Shown one piece after another: positions 61,973 through 64,000 of a DNA stretch of 64,000 bases; the first letter of the stretch is position 1, and each line of letters begins with the position of its first letter. This DNA is from Diadema antillarum (Eukaryota): NCBI RefSeq assembly GCF_040938485.1, contig NW_027270897.1, positions 1,798,001 through 1,862,000 on the forward strand, given 5' to 3'. Made by a program: the position numbers and the translations under genes. Below the pieces are notes generated by a model. It searched no databases. It was given only the letters and a program-made list of their open reading frames with translations, and had not been told where the DNA came from.

Positions 61973-62420
61973 TTAATGACAAGGACATTTGAAGTCATCA
62001 TTTTCTCCGTACATTGGCTGCTCCGTACAACACTTCTGGTGAACCCAGTGATCGCATCCTCTCACATCACATGCCACCCAAGTGAAAATTTCGACGATGT
62101 TCTTGTTGCGGTTTGGGGGTGTGTTGCTCCTGCACACACAACACGGATTTGCATCGCTGGCGTCATCATCTTCGCTGGCACTATCATCGTGGTTACGTGA
62201 ACGAGAAAAGAGTTCCCTGTTTGTAGTGATGCCGGATGGTCCTGGTTGACTTTCAGTCCTTGGAGCCTTCTTCTTTCCGGATGTCTTTTGCTTCCTCTCG
62301 TTTTCCACATGTATGAGTTTCACGAAAATCCGGTCTTCTGTGATGCACACTCCCGATGCCCTATACTTGTCTTTTCCTCTCTTTTCTTTGGCTTGAGGCG
62401 GGCTAGGGGTTCTCGTTTGG
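61973..62420 (-). pseudogene. Frameshifted C-terminus of the transposase with PHD finger
   Basis: Shifted frame gives FLQTRTPS...GVCITED...CCVCRS...WVACDVRGCDHWVHQKC...FKCPCH then stop (C4HC3-like); requires a single frameshift in the overlap region. Confidence 0.8.
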
Positions 62421-63462
62421 AGGAAAGCTTGGAAATGTTGCCATCCTGTTGAGGGCCGTCCCCCATCGGTCCCACTTGGTCGGTTTCTTTGTTCGTCTCC
62501 CGAGGGCCCTGAGACTTCTCTGAGGGGGTGACGAGGGTGCTCGTCTCGGTCATGACTTGAATGCGTACGGCATCGGGATTGAATGGGAAAATCCCTGACT
62601 TCCGGAATGCCGATTTCAGATTGTCTTCCCGCATAGCTGTCCAATATGCCACGGAAGAAAGGCGTCCGACGTCATACCGTGTGATCATCTTCCCTGGGTG
62701 ATTTTGCATGAACTTTGCACATTCGGAGAAGTATGCCTTCTTCATCGAAGAGAAACAGACAACATCCAGTGGTTGTAGGACATGGCTTGTATGAGCAGGG
62801 AGAACAAAGAGGAGGACTTGGTGCTGTCTTGCGTATTCTATCACGGGCATTGAGATGTGTGAGGTGTGGCCATCGTAGAGAAGCATCACAAACTCATCGT
62901 CAGCTCTGGGAGGGAGAGATGGGATGAAGTGATTCTTGATGAAATCTTTGAATATCTCACCGTTACTCCATCCGCTGTCTGACATGGCCATTTTGGAGCC
63001 CGGGAGTGTGTCTTTCAGGAGCTCGGGCATGCATCTCTTCCCTTTGAACACATAATAAGGGGGTAATGCCCTCCCTGCTGCGTTGCCACATGCCAGCATT
63101 GTAGTTGTTGCGATCCGGTGTGAGACGACGGAGTTTGTCCTCTTCTCAGAGGCTTCACTAACAACCCGGGGCGGACGATGATCGGCGTTAAAGTTTGTTT
63201 CATCCATGTTGTAAATGTTGCTTGGTTTGTCAGTGAGATGGTACTTGTCTATCACTCTCTCTAGTTCGGAGAAGTAGTTGGTGAGAATCTCTGGGTTTGT
63301 TGCTCTCGCACGCTTCATCTCCAGTCTACTTGGCGATGCCAGGTGGAGGGCAGGCCATCGCCGCATGAAGTGCCGAAACCAGTTATTCGACAAGCGTCTT
63401 CCTTTCTGGGATATGGGCCCCCTGCCAAGGACATCCACCATGTCGGTAGCCAACAAAATCAC
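62320..63462 (-). CDS. pogo-family transposase, DDE_1-type catalytic exon (DD35D)
   Basis: Acceptor tcttttag; WFRHFMRRW, NIYNMDET, LLYDGHTSH, LQPLD with 35 residues between the second and third Asp. Confidence 0.92.
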   Translation of the reverse strand: MILLATDMVDVLGRGPISQKGRRLSNNWFRHFMRRWPALHLASPSRLEMKRARATNPEILTNYFSELERVIDKYHLTDKPSNIYNMDETNFNADHRPPRVVSEASEKRTNSVVSHRIATTTMLACGNAAGRALPPYYVFKGKRCMPELLKDTLPGSKMAMSDSGWSNGEIFKDFIKNHFIPSLPPRADDEFVMLLYDGHTSHISMPVIEYARQHQVLLFVLPAHTSHVLQPLDVVCFSSMKKAYFSECAKFMQNHPGKMITRYDVGRLSSVAYWTAMREDNLKSAFRKSGIFPFNPDAVRIQVMTETSTLVTPSEKSQGPRETNKETDQVGPMGDGPQQDGNISKLSSKREPLARLKPKKREEKTSIGHRECASQKTGFS

Positions 63463-63649
63463 CTAAAAGAATGAGGAAAAAAATGAATAGAAAAATAATC
63501 AATTTCAAATATTATGTATGTTTTCCAATTCTAAACGTCGCATAATGAAATGAAAATCTGTTTAAACATGAAATCTCTTTCTCCTCTTTAATAAAAAGGA
63601 GTGTTGAGTTTATAGCTACATGAGTTGAAATAATACAAAACATATTTAC

Positions 63650-63919
63650 CTGGGTTTTCGTAAGGCCGTAACCATAAGATGACAATTTCATTAGATGATC
63701 AACCAGGGCCCTTTCCGCCTCTTGGGGCAAGACAGTCCCCCTTCCCAGATCTTCGCTTGACTTTGAACACCCCCTCAACCTGTCCAGCAACGTTGATTTT
63801 GGAACCCCACATCTTAATGCTGCTTTTCTACACAAGACTTCTTCATGAACAAGCTCAAGGGCCCTCTGAAGTCTTTGTTTGGGGTAGCTTCTACGCCCAA
63901 TGAAGCGGTGTGGTGTAGG
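63650..63919 (-). CDS. pogo-family transposase, upstream exon (HTH_psq-like and start of CENP-B HTH)
   Basis: Open frame ...YPKQRLQRALELV...RKAALRCGVPKSTLLDRLRG...LSSYGYGLTKTQ; donor GTAAAT at 63649; candidate acceptor ttttactttattatatag at 63920; no ATG seen in this exon. Confidence 0.8.
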
Positions 63920-64000
63920 CTATATAATAAAGTAAAACAGAAGGAACAGATTATAAACAGTGTTTTTTCATTAGCATAAGTTGGATTAATTTTTTTTTTC

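Noticed and set aside
62320-62644. Programmed -1 ribosomal frameshift in the transposase
   Set aside because: No canonical X XXY YYZ slippery heptamer identified in the overlap; mutation or read error is more parsimonious

Overview
Eukaryotic (animal, invertebrate-like; an echinoderm is plausible but not provable from sequence alone) genomic DNA, AT-rich and dense in transposons. Two convergent protein-coding genes are supported. (1) A complete 11-exon spinster-family MFS transporter gene (SPNS1-like) on +, CDS 259/337..41376, about 585 aa. It has one GC-AG intron, a candidate alternative last exon at 34615 and a 3' UTR of about 4 kb. (2) The last five coding exons of TBCCD1 on - (60909..50417), with upstream exons beyond the window. 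TBCCD1 introns carry a deleted Gmr1-type Ty3/Gypsy provirus (full 5' LTR, tRNA-Pro PBS, intact 725-codon gag-protease-partial integrase ORF), a spliced DD35D pogo transposase with a C-terminal PHD finger and one frameshift, a composite pogo MITE with cargo, and minisatellites. Between the two genes lies a CpG-rich promoter-like island with a candidate unannotated two-exon small gene and a strong GNRA-capped hairpin. SPNS1 introns contain many non-autonomous DNA transposons (piggyBac-, Kolobok-, Tc1/pogo-, hAT-, Harbinger- and Helentron-like) and a tRNA-derived SINE. No rRNA, true tRNA gene or CRISPR array was found. All calls come from manual reading and recalled protein families; no database searches were run.
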